Below, piece after piece: positions 52,913-64,000 of a stretch of 64,000 nucleotides of DNA. The DNA comes from Patellaria atrata CBS 101060 (Eukaryota). The position numbers were made by a program, and so were the translations under genes. The DNA lies in assembly GCA_010093705.1 (NCBI GenBank), contig MU006095.1:62001-126000 (forward strand), given 5' to 3'. Position 1 is the stretch's first letter. Every line of letters begins with the position of its first letter. Under the pieces are notes generated by a model. That model did no database searches. It was not told the DNA's origin and saw only the letters and a list, made by a program, of their open reading frames with translations.

Positions 52913-54274
52913 ATTGACGTAAGGAAGAGTACATAGACCTGCTATGGAGAAAGTATTTGAAGTGATAGAATTGCAGCCGAGTTGCGAGTGAGATTCTCAG
53001 GGGAAGATAAATGATAGCGTGGAGAGGGTGGAAAATATAAAGCGGAGAATAATTACAATCGAAATCTCCTAAGATGAGATCCATGATACTGTGGTACGTA
53101 CAATAGCTATTGATTGTTGAAAATATGGTTGTTCTATTGTTATCCTATCGTTGCTTCGACACTATGATATCAAAGGCAAAGAGAAACAAAGACAAAGGGA
53201 GCGGGTTTTGATAAAGGACTGAATTAAGCGACACAACAAAGTTGTAGCGCCACCAGATTATAATAATAAGAGATGGAAAAAGAATATAAAGGGATTATAT
53301 CACCGTGTATCTTAAGATCTCTATTTTTAAGAGTATTTGGTATTCTCTTTTGTTTTTTAGGAGAAAAGTTTTTTTTTTTTTGAATTTGTCAAGTTCTTGT
53401 GTATACTTAAAAGAAAATACCAATGTTGATATAGTACTAGCTTCACTCCTTTCCTCAGTCTTGCGTCGTACTACTGAATACAATTCTAAAAGAAATAGAG
53501 TGACAGAAACAAAAAGCAAAAGAAATCTATCTTCTCCGGAGGGATAAGAAAGATCTTTAAGATTTTCCATTGTTCGGCAGTATTCGAAGTTGACGTGGCT
53601 CTAACCTTCAATCCTAAAATGACTGAGGAAATATGACAAAGGAAATTATATGATACAATCCAGGTTATTGCCCATGCACAACTCACCTTTCCAGCCAGAA
53701 CTGAGGATAGAGTAGCTGAGACGGGACATGAGAATGTATTCACCAGCGATGACAATTGTGTTGGGTTTCCCTTTGAATAGATGGTTTAGATTGCACGTGC
53801 CAAATTGAAAGACAAACTTTGACTGTGCAAGGTGTACCACATCTAGCGAAAACTTCAAAGAAAAAGTTGAAAGACAAAGGGTGAGTATGTCGAACACACA
53901 ACAATCAGACGCTGCGCGATACAACATAGCAGGAGATATAATAAAGTGTACTATGCCACACTCGGGGTTTATCCGGAGTTCTCTATCAATGAGGGTACTT
54001 ATGGCTGGCTGTACGCATTTTGATGAAAAAGCTCCGACTCAGTGGTACATGCCGACGGAATTCCGTCATGAGCAGAAGTCAACGGTTAGCGAGCGTGAGT
54101 ACAGTAAATACACTAGGACGTGCTTGTAGTCCGGAAATGAGAGACAAAATACCAGCAATATGTCCCATATATCCAGAGTTGAAGATTCCTCACCTTAAAT
54201 ATTGTTTACATTGTTCGAGTATCCGTTACGAAAATACTTGGCTTTGCGTCCTCGTTTTGTATCAGGGACGTCCC

Positions 54275-56146
54275 TTACTTCCCAATCCCCAAGTCTTCCT
54301 TTATCAAATCTGCCGCTTTCTCCGCAATAGCATAAACGCTCGTCTGCGTATTACCTCTTGTATTTATCGGAATGACGCTAGCATCCACAACTCTCAGCCC
54401 CTTTACCCCATGTACCCGCAGCCTAGAGTCTACGACACCACCCATCTCCCTTGGTATCATAGCACACGTGCTCGTTGGGTGAAACGTCGTCAGTGCCGCA
54501 GACTTCACATATTCCTTTACTTCATCCAGTGACGCCTTTCGCAAGTCATTTTGCGGAACCCCGAGATTTCGCCTGCCAACACCCAAGGGTTTGAGGAGGT
54601 TGGAAAATGGAGGCGTGGAGGCGATGGTCTCGATATAGCGTACATGGCGGGCGAGCACTTCGACATCGAGAGGGTGAGCGAGGTATTGAGGGTCGATCGC
54701 TGGTGGTTCTGAGGGGTCCGCGGACTGGATGTGGACCGTTCCGCGCGAGAGAGGATGGAGCAGGGACACCGCAATGGTCACATAGTTTCCGGGTAGTTTG
54801 GTGCTTTGAGCGTCTGCGCCTGTTCCCGAGCCGCGGAAATTAGATTGGGCAGCATAGGTGAAGTAACCCGCGGATGCTTCGGCAGGGTTCCGCAGGAGCT
54901 CTTTGATAAAGGCCGTATGGGCTCGGTCGAAGGCAGCTGCGCCAGGATCTTTGGGTGCCGGTGAACTCCATGAAGACGGTATAGTAAGTAGAGATTCCAA
55001 TTCAGTTTTACCCTCAGACGTAAGGAAATCAGGTACAGGAAGCAAGGCTGAGGAAAAGTTTCCGCCGACGGTAAAGGGACCTTTACGGTGCTTGGTATAT
55101 GCTTCCATTGCTGCTCCTAATGCCGCTCTGTCTTGACGAGACATATCATCTTTAGTTGCTACGCCATCCACCACCTCAAAACTTAAGCCGCCAAGTGTAT
55201 GGTCTTGCAAATGTGCGCCGACATTGGGATTGTCAACAAAGACGGGGATACCGTAAGAGCTCAAGAGCTCTGCATCACCAATACCTGAAAGTTCAAGGAT
55301 CTTAGGAGAATTATATGTGCCACCTGACACGATGACCTCTCTCTTTGCTTTGGCAGTGATAGAAGTCGCATCCTTAGTATACTGAACTCCAGTTGCGATA
55401 ACATTGCCGCTGTCGTCCTTCTCAAGTTCAACTTTCTCAACCAGAGCACTTGTTACTACCTTCAAGTTTGGCCTTGAGTCCTTGATAGGGGCATAGTATG
55501 CGTTAGCTGAATAACTTCGAGTTCTATCTGGGTTAATGCTAGCAGAATTGGTATACGCGCCAAAAGCGACTCCAGAGAATGGATCTCCTGAAATCGAATA
55601 GCCTAATTCTTTGAAAGTATCGAGCCATGCCTTGGGGATTGGATCATTGAGGTCGTCTGGAAAAGATGTCTGTATCGGGCCAGACGTACCCTTGATATGG
55701 TCCTCCATATAATCTAATGCAAGTTGGGTACGGACGGCGTCGTCTTCCGGTAGGTTGACCGTGTAAGTCTTCTGGTAGTATGGAGCCATTTTTTCCCAGT
55801 CCCATCCCGGATTCCCAAGCGCCGCCCACGCATCAACATTGAGTTTAGATGTAGCTACAAATGCCATCCCGTTTAATGCGCTTGTTCCCCCGAGCATGCG
55901 ACCATGTGGCTGTCCGATTTGCTTCCCGCCCAGCGCTTCTTGCGGCACTGTCTTGTCGTTCCAGTCGCAATCCGTAGCCAGCAGTGATGGCCACAGCGCT
56001 GGTGTATTCACGCGGAAGTTGTTCAGCTGACTCTCTCCTGCTTCGAGTACTAGAACCTCCTTCGATGGGTCTTCTGACAGACGTGTAGCCAGCGCCAGTC
56101 CAGCTGTGCCGCCGCCAACGATGATGAAGTCTGGCTCGCTCGACAT
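54275..56146 (-). CDS. GMC (AA3) FAD oxidoreductase, intracellular, intronless
   Basis: DFIIVGGGTAG, VLVLEAG, GRMLGGTSALN, PKILELSGIG, VGAHLQDH, catalytic FHPTSTC and GNTQ (His/Asn pair), and GLRVVDASV. No signal peptide. Confidence 0.96.
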   Translation of the reverse strand: MSSEPDFIIVGGGTAGLALATRLSEDPSKEVLVLEAGESQLNNFRVNTPALWPSLLATDCDWNDKTVPQEALGGKQIGQPHGRMLGGTSALNGMAFVATSKLNVDAWAALGNPGWDWEKMAPYYQKTYTVNLPEDDAVRTQLALDYMEDHIKGTSGPIQTSFPDDLNDPIPKAWLDTFKELGYSISGDPFSGVAFGAYTNSASINPDRTRSYSANAYYAPIKDSRPNLKVVTSALVEKVELEKDDSGNVIATGVQYTKDATSITAKAKREVIVSGGTYNSPKILELSGIGDAELLSSYGIPVFVDNPNVGAHLQDHTLGGLSFEVVDGVATKDDMSRQDRAALGAAMEAYTKHRKGPFTVGGNFSSALLPVPDFLTSEGKTELESLLTIPSSWSSPAPKDPGAAAFDRAHTAFIKELLRNPAEASAGYFTYAAQSNFRGSGTGADAQSTKLPGNYVTIAVSLLHPLSRGTVHIQSADPSEPPAIDPQYLAHPLDVEVLARHVRYIETIASTPPFSNLLKPLGVGRRNLGVPQNDLRKASLDEVKEYVKSAALTTFHPTSTCAMIPREMGGVVDSRLRVHGVKGLRVVDASVIPINTRGNTQTSVYAIAEKAADLIKEDLGIGK

Positions 56147-56841
56147 CTTTCAATAGTCCGTTTCTTTAGTTGCTTTACTTGTTTGCTGTTTGACTCTGGG
56201 AGCAGTTACACCATGGACTCTATGAGAGGGATCAGTTTCGAAAGAGTGGTCTGGTTGGAGATATATACTAACATATGACAGGTCTAGCTTCTGTACTAGA
56301 TGGGAACAGCTTCAGGTAGAAGTACTTACGCTCCATCAGTGTCTCCATAATCAATACCTTAATGAACCATCAGTATGACCTTGTAAGCAAGCATACAACT
56401 TGACGCGATGCATATATGCATGACTGTATGCCTGCAACGTCTTACACGTATACCCACCCTGTACCATGCCGCTCGCCTGAATTGACGAAATGATCACGCT
56501 GATAAACTATCGAAGTCTCGAAGAAGTTGACGGAACTGTGCCATCTTCTGCGGAAGATTAAGTGACCCTTGTAACCTGCAACCCCGCGAGGAGAACGTGC
56601 AGATCCCGGAGCTGGAAACGTCCATCTCCGACGAAACATTACCTTACATCTCGTATCGAATGTATTGTAGGAAAAGAATTCGGTATTATTGAAACTCTGA
56701 CCAGCAGAAAGTTGCAATGACGCGTCTATCTCTAAGTGAGTCTATCAGAACGGCTCAACACCATCTCCTGTTACGGCATCTCACCACCTCCTTAGATACA
56801 AGCGCAGTATTCCACCACTATATACAAGGACCGCCAAAACA

Positions 56842-59800
56842 CTAGGATACTTGCGAGAGATTTCGTCTCTTTGCGTCGTGCTCTGTCGCGCCAGCATCCT
56901 CCTCATTCCGTTCGCGCTTCATACGCGGTGTGTGATCTTTCATCACATACATCTGACCATACATCTCCACGGCATTGAAGAAAACATTCACCCCATTTAG
57001 CACAGCTTCACTGACCAAAGGAGATAGTGACTGTTGTATGATGGAACCTATCGTCATTTTCTCATACCTGGCAAGAGATAACAGTTGCTGTTTTGGGTCG
57101 TCAGCAATGATCAATGAAGAGCCTTGATACCATTGCAGTGAGAGGAAATCCGCAGTATTGATGTTTCCTTCCTCCATGTCTCTAGTGATTGAGCCGTAAT
57201 CGTTGTACAGTCTTGACAGTATAGACATGTGATGGGCCAGATCTTCAGAGACGTATTGGGACAGTGTTGTTGCGAATGGTTCGTGTCCGTACTGAGCGTG
57301 CATCAAACATGTAAAGAAGGCAAATGCGATGTTTCCACCTGTATGCGGACCAGATGTACTACCTAACCAGCGCAGAATAGATCCATGTGTATCGTAAAGC
57401 CATTCATGGCTCTTTGTGACTTTACAATTGCCATTGTGTTGTGGTTGTGCTCGTCTTATATTGTCTTCTAACTGAGCGAGATGCCCGAGAAGATAATCAA
57501 GGAGATGAATTGTAACTTGGCGTTTCTCATGGCGACTCGCCCGTCTAACATTTGGATGGTCCCAAAGAAAGAGTATGAAGCGCTTTATCGGATCGTCAAT
57601 CTTGGACTCAGCCAGATGTTCGGAGATGTGATCCATATTCCTGAATATCGAAAGAACACTCTGGCGTATTGTGAACCGATCATCTCGCGACAATTGCATG
57701 ACAACAGACTCCATGTAATGATCCATTGCATAAAGTAAAGCTGAGAAAGTCATCATATCGAGTAGACAACTGGCACTCAATCCGGAGTTTGAGATATGGT
57801 TAGACACGGTCCAAGTAAATGGGATGAATTTCAAGTGCTTTCCTCCAACCTTACTTTCCGGTAAAATTTGTTGACATATTTCGGCAAGTTGTGTTGTAAA
57901 CAAATCCCCTTCCGTTAACGATGCGGTAAGAAGCCAACATGGAGTTTCGAAAAGCAGAGGCAAATGGCTGTACTTGCCCACTAGTTGTTTCTGAATGAGG
58001 TTACAATCATTCGATAAGCATGTTTGTGTTAATTCGCAACCTGGTGCTTTCAACGCCGCAATCGCGTATACTTGTGCAAGAATGTTTGACTTGTAGGTAA
58101 CTTTCTCAATCCAAACGTAGGTGGCTTGAAACTCGTTCTCAGTCTTTGCGGTGATGAAAACTTGAGCTCCTTTAATCGCGCCATTAATCTCTCTGGATAA
58201 TGTTTGGGCTGACTCTAGATATGTTAGAGACTGGAGTGCCAGAGTCGCATAAGCGGTAGGTTCCGGTGAGTCCTCCCAAGAACCGTCTTCACGTCTTGCC
58301 CTCAATAACCGAATCAAGATTTGGAAAAGAATGATGGACATTTGACCTTTTAGATTTCTGTCTAAAAGAAGCGGTCGGTTCTTGGTTCGTGATGCGTTTA
58401 TGGCCTTTGTAAAAGCTTGACACAAAAGCATGATTGGATAATAAGATGATAAATTCTGGAATTGTTAGCCTCCTTCTAAAAGATGTATTTCATGGCCTCA
58501 CCCATTGATCGGTAAACTTATCGTGGTTCTTCCACACTATTCCACATAGAAACCGGATCACCTTCTCGATGTGTTGACGGTAGTGGTTTGCATCGCCAGA
58601 TAGTAAAGCAAGTAAAACGTTACAGTTTGTGCTAATTTTAGCATTTCTTTCGTGGTGAAATGTCTCGAAGGAGACTTCGCCACCGAACTCTTGAATAAGC
58701 TTGTCTGGAGTGACTCTTATGCCAAGCGCAGAGAGTGCGCAAATGCATTTTGCTGTATCATCACCATCGGGCTCAAGGTAAGATGCTATAGACATTAGCA
58801 AAGACCGGCATTTTGATAGGTGTACTCATATTCGTACCAAATCCAATCAAGCCAGAACCTCGCTCAAGCTCGCTTTTCAGCATTGAACCTATTGTGGATG
58901 TGATGTCCATCCCTAACTCTTCTCTCGTAAAACCAACGTCTAGGAGCGTAGTTACAACCTGGAGTATTATAAGATTAGTTTTAGTGAAATTCTGTTGGCT
59001 AGTGCATTTACTAACCCATGATAACTCGAAAAAGTGAGACGGGAATGCGCTGGGTACACCCCCAATGCCACGGTCCTTCGCTCCCTTTACGACACGATGA
59101 AGATACATCTCAGATTCCTCGTCCCAGGTACTAGACTCCATAAGGTACGCTGCAGTCGATGAAGGAGAAGCCATCATACTTCCGAAAACCTTATGATGAC
59201 GTATTCTATCGAAGTTGATTTTCCCGATAAACGCCTCAAGGGAGTGCAACGCCGTTGTTCTTTCAGAGGAATACAAAATCTCTGGTGATAGTTTGGCAAG
59301 CTTTGCACTCCGGATCTTCATTAAAGGGTCCTTGCCTCTGAACTCGAAAGCAATACCTTCAACCTCCAAGAAATCCAACATTGCGGGTACTAATACTTCG
59401 AATCCAACATGAGTTGACGCTGGGACATCCCAGACTTCCAATTTCTCCTGTAATGAAAGCTTTGCTTTCGTGAGACGGGACTGAAGATCTTGCACATCTA
59501 AATCTAGTTGGTGAGGATTCTTGATATGTTTGCATAGAGACAAGAGAGCTGCGGAAGTATTCAAGATCCCATCGGTTTGCGAAGCGTATGTCGGCCATGC
59601 TCCTGAAGTTTCTTGTGTATCTAGCAAATAGTTGAAGCTTTCCGGAAAGAGCCATTGTGGGGACCCATCTATAGTCTTTATGATCAAAGAGATCCAAGCT
59701 GTGTCGTAAACAGACGCTGACATGGAACTACCTCCGAGAACCTCGTCATAGCTGTTTAACATCCCTTCCAGAAGGTTAGTCGCTCGCGTGGTAAGGCTAT

Positions 59801-59867
59801 CCTTAGTCTCCATCTTATCACTGGGCGCGAGTAAAGTTACTTTATCCACTCCCCCCGTACGATACAT
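56842..59867 (-). CDS. Bifunctional class II/class I diterpene synthase (fungal CPS/KS-type), 4 exons. The start is ATG 59867 or 59813
   Basis: SVYDTAW, ALHSLEAF, SPSSTAAYL, class II DGDDTAK, WIEKVTY, class I DHYME and NSE motif RLYNDYGSITRD. All three introns splice in frame. Confidence 0.94.
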
Positions 59868-60270
59868 TGACGGACATAATGAGGAGAAACGTCTATCGGA
59901 ATAAGGAAGCAATTGGAGATTGTAAGGGACAGAGATGCTTGAATGTGGCCCTTGTCCGAATATCGATTTTGATTGAGATCCGTTGTCTAACTGCATAGCG
60001 GACTATGTCGTTATGTACCCTAGGTACCTCACTTAAGCATGGGAAGAAGAATAGGTTTGCGTGCGGCGTCTTGTCCTTAAAGTCAAGTGGACTTCTGCGC
60101 CTAACCAGAGCTACCAAGAGCGATAGCCAGACATGGAAGCCTGGAAGGCCTTTTAGGCCTGGCTCCATTATTAGTACTTTTAGTGTTGATGGTTTGGAGT
60201 AGAGGTGCTTGGATGTTGAAAAAGCTAGTGAGGGGATGATGAAAATTGATATCAAGTAAAAATAACCGTT

Positions 60271-61344
60271 GTAAGCCGAACGTAACAGGTTTGACAATCC
60301 TGATCCATCCGTGTAACCGTAACGTAAGCTGAAAAGAGGCCCCATAAGCCCCAACACCAGCTGAACAGGAAGGGGGTAAAGGGGGGGGGTGTTACTTCTC
60401 GGATTTCGGTGAATATCGTAGCTGTGTTATCCATTGCATTACGGTAGTCTTCTAAGCCTCCCAAAGGTAAGGATACGGTAGGCTGAAGAACCGAGCAGTC
60501 CCGTTACCACCACCGTATGCAACTGGAATCCTTCAAAACAATTCACCGAGAAACTTACTTTTAACCCCCGCAGTCTTATAACGAATGTTAGCACCAACAC
60601 CGCCGCTCATCTTTCAATTGTCCTTCCGGCTAAGATTCTAAGGATGAATATTGTTGTACAGCGGCGTAAAGGCTGAATTCGAGGTCTTAGCCCTACCAGT
60701 CTAGTTCTAGTGTCTGTGTTGGCAACCTCAAAAAATGTTCCACGCCTCCAAGTTCACCTTGGTCTCTAACATCCAGGCCCACCTAAACGACATTACATCA
60801 GGAAAAGGTCTTCTGATTGTCCTATTAAAGAGCTAGGAACATGTTTGCGTATAATTCCTTTTGGCCCAAATCACAGATTTCGCAAGGAAATTTTTCATTG
60901 ATAATTGATCAAGTGCAGTCCGTTACAGTAGCAGGTACATAAGAGGAAAATGGGCCAATTGCATTCCCATAGCCAAGTTCTCGATCCGAATGCCAATTTT
61001 GATATTTCTAGAATTATGAGCATTTAAATCATGCAGGTCACTCGGCACATGGATGTGATCTCCACCCCAGCACACATCAGTTATGTCTCTCATCAATTCA
61101 TGATATCCATGATACCTTTCACACTGTAATTCCTTGATCCAGCCTTCCGACCATCACTCAGCCCTGAAGCCTTGAGGGAGGAGTTGGTAAAAGTTGGGTT
61201 CGTGACAGCATATCCGAGCATTCACTGGTTCGGCTTACCATTTTAGCGTCCAAGGAGTCCAACCGCAGCCCCTAAACTCACAATTTATATTATCCTTCCA
61301 GGCACCTACTACCTATCAATATTCCAACATCGTGATAAGTCGGA
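60271..61344. promoter_or_regulatory. Cluster of GTARGCYGAA-like motifs in the divergent promoter between the diterpene synthase and the P450
   Basis: GTAAGCCGAA at 60271, GTAAGCTGAA at 60324, GTAGGCTGAA at 60478 and an exact inverted copy TTCGGCTTAC at 61229. Weaker copies lie near 60669 and 61335. Confidence 0.45.
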
Positions 61345-61614
61345 CTAAAATATCGTTCACCGTTTTTAATATGTGTGTTCCCGGCGATTTTCCTTGCATG
61401 ATGATCCGTTGACAGGCCGATCCTAGCCTAACCAATTATGTATAGAATGACGATATATGCTGTGAGTCTCATCGTACCACGAGGATTTGAAATGAACTGC
61501 TTAAAACACAGACTGACTATACGAATAGCTGTGAGTCTTTGAACTGAAAGAGCTCGAGGTTCCCACCCTTTAGCGTACAATTCCTCTGACCAAGATTCGG
61601 TACAGCACTTCAAG

Positions 61615-63240
61615 ATGTTCAATTCACTATTGGATAGGGTCCCTATATCGTTCTCGGAATTGTTCATAGTGTGTTGCTTTTCTACGTTCTTAGTAAGTTG
61701 ATATTTCCATACTTCAAAATATGTTGCAATAACTAACTAAAGCAGTACTTCATCATCTCCTCAACCTACAATGTCTATTTTCATCCACTTGCCCGATTCC
61801 CAGGGCCGCGGTTGTGGATTTTTACACGTCTGTGTTATGCAAACTCGCTTCGACGCGGCGATCTGCATCTGAAGATCCTCGAGTTTCATGAGAAATATGG
61901 GGAAATCGTAAGAGTAGCACCGAATGAACTATCGTTCACCAGCCCATCGGCGTGGAAAGACATGTGCACTGGCTCAACAAAGAATAAGGGACTACCACGT
62001 AACACTATCGTTTTCGGTGCACAAGGATTCAAAAGCTTCCTCGATGGTTCAGATGAGCAACATACTATGTTCCGTAGAATGCTCGCTCCCTCATTCTCTG
62101 TATCTGCTATGAACAGAGCCGAGCCCACAATTCAAAGCTACATTAGCTTGTTGATTACTCAACTCAACAAAGAAGTTACAGAAAAGCAGCCTGTTAATAT
62201 ATGCGAATGGTATAACTACTTTACATTCGATATCACAGGAGAACTGGCTTTCAGCGAGTCTTTTGGACAACTCGAACGCAAGGCTTACCATCAATGGGTA
62301 AAATTGATCTTCAGCCATTTAAAATATTCCGCATTGAGCATCTGTCTTCGGTTCTGGCCACCTCTCGATGTACTCATGCCAAAACTGGCACCCGCCAGCC
62401 TTCATAAACTCAAGCATCTGTTCTGTCAATTATCTCGTCAGAAGGTTGCCTACCGAATCAATCGTCCTGATGCTTCCCAGCTACAGGACTGGGTGAGTCC
62501 GTGCTTGACTACCAAAGATCCAAGGGAAAAGATGGAACTCGAGGAGATCATGGATACCTTTACGATTTTTATCATCGCAGGTTCGGAGACAACCGCTACG
62601 CTTCTATCAGGCCTGACGAATCATCTCTGCCAAAACAAGCGCGTATTGAAGCTTCTTTCAGATGAAATTCGTGGAACGTTCAAGAGTGAAGATGAGATCA
62701 CACAAGCTGCTGCAGCGAAGCTCCCATATCTAAATGCTGTGTTGAATGAGGCACTCAGAATGTGCACCCCAATACCATGCGCGCTGGGCCGGATTGTACC
62801 GAAAGGTGGTTCGGTAATTAGCGGAGAACATATTCCTACCAATGTGAGTGACTTCTTCCTTCCCGTCCCGTCTTCTACTAATCATTTCCGTGCAGACATA
62901 CGTCGGAATCCCCCATTTTGCGGCTTACCATGACGCAACACATTTCGCGTCACCGTTTCGGTTCACTCCGGAGCGTTGGTTAGGTGATGCAGCATTTGAG
63001 AAGGATCTGCACCCCGTTTTCCAACCATTCTCCATGGGCGGGCGTAATTGTATAGGACAAGCGCTAGCTTGGGTTGAAATGAGACTCGTCATTGCACGAC
63101 TGATCTATAACTTCGATATGAAAAAGGCGGAGGGTCCAGATTGGATCGAACAAAGGACGTACATGCTGTGGGAGAAGCAGCCTTTCAGCGTACACTTAAC
63201 GCCGGTACAGCGGGATGAGGCCGTTGAGCTCCCATCTTAG
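61615..63240 (+). CDS. Cytochrome P450 monooxygenase (CYP65/Tri11-like), 3 exons
   Basis: N-terminal membrane anchor, YFHPLARFPGP, HEKYGEIVRVAPNELSF, I-helix AGSETT, EALR, PERW and heme motif FSMGGRNCIG. Confidence 0.95.
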
Positions 63241-63948
63241 GATCACCTAGGATATCGGTTTGCCATAGATTTCTGGATATGTGATAAGTCCAACATTGGT
63301 GTCTTCAATCGCTTGCATTTTCTTCTTTTGTCTTTCTTTTGAGTTCGTACGGATTCTGGGGCTCGGGATATGATTCGGTTTAGCACAAGATACCCTCCCC
63401 GAAAGTTCTGTCGTAATGGTAGCGTTTCAGCGTTGAGCGGGCGTTCTGGACAAACCTTCAGGAAGCCAGATATCTATTGTGCGAGTTCCTGGTGTTATAT
63501 ATGGACAGAGTACCTTGGACCATAAGCATCACCGCTTTTTCACAATCGAATATGTACAAGTACATGTACTTTGTATTGTAGTCTGTGCCGTACTCGTACA
63601 GAGACAGCACAACAGATCTCTACCTTTAAAATGAGACCAATGTGTCGGTAGTTTGATTATTACACGACTTGAAGGGACCCCACGACAATTTTAGCCCCCA
63701 CTGGATAATCCCCGGATCATCTCCAAAATCGGAATCCTGATTTAGCGATAGAGTTATTTATCGCGGCGCCACGGCCCGTTCCCGTTCCTTAAATTTATCC
63801 TCCCTCGTTAGATTTGGCTAGAAGCTTGCGTGGAGTTCCTCGGAACTTCCGTTCACTAAATCGTGGAAAGAATCGATAGATGCAATATCTATCCTGACTT
63901 TTTTTTCTGTATCCACTGCATCACCGTCGTTCTTTTTGTCTCAGCACC

Positions 63949-64000
63949 ATGCCACAAGATAAGCGGACTGTGGTGCTTGGAAGCAGTGCATACAGCCCAC
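63949..64000 (+). CDS. Possible start of the next gene, truncated by the window edge
   Basis: ATG in a good context (CACCATG) after a pyrimidine-rich leader. The frame MPQDKRTVVLGSSAYSP is open to the end. Too short to identify. Confidence 0.25.
   Translation, partial: MPQDKRTVVLGSSAYSP

Overview
This is eukaryotic DNA from a filamentous ascomycete (Pezizomycotina), with short GT-AG introns and CTRAC/CTAAT branch points. The first ~43.3 kb is a dense, mostly housekeeping block: a CHCH/Mix17 gene, Vma22-like, SHY1, CENP-T-like, CMS1, RAC1, a UBX protein, the adjacent sulfate-assimilation pair MET3-MET16, SEC2, an EGF-domain membrane protein, an Arb2-like gene, MRP2, a UFL1-like gene, GrpB-like, DUF1330-like, COQ4, PDCD5, a SET methyltransferase, a mitochondrial helical-repeat protein and NOP6. 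After ~43.3 kb the region is gene-sparse and accessory: a secreted DPBB/expansin-like protein, a laccase and a divergent SET protein. It ends with a candidate diterpenoid cluster (GMC oxidoreductase, bifunctional CPS/KS-type diterpene synthase, divergently transcribed P450) that may continue past the window edge. The best leads are: (1) the diterpenoid cluster, with a variant class I motif and a repeated promoter motif; (2) an apparent divergent UFL1 (UFM1 E3 ligase) homolog in a lineage generally considered to lack UFM1; (3) a candidate CUG start codon for SEC2. All family calls are by-eye motif recognition with no searches run. CDS coordinates span introns. There are two 100-N gaps.
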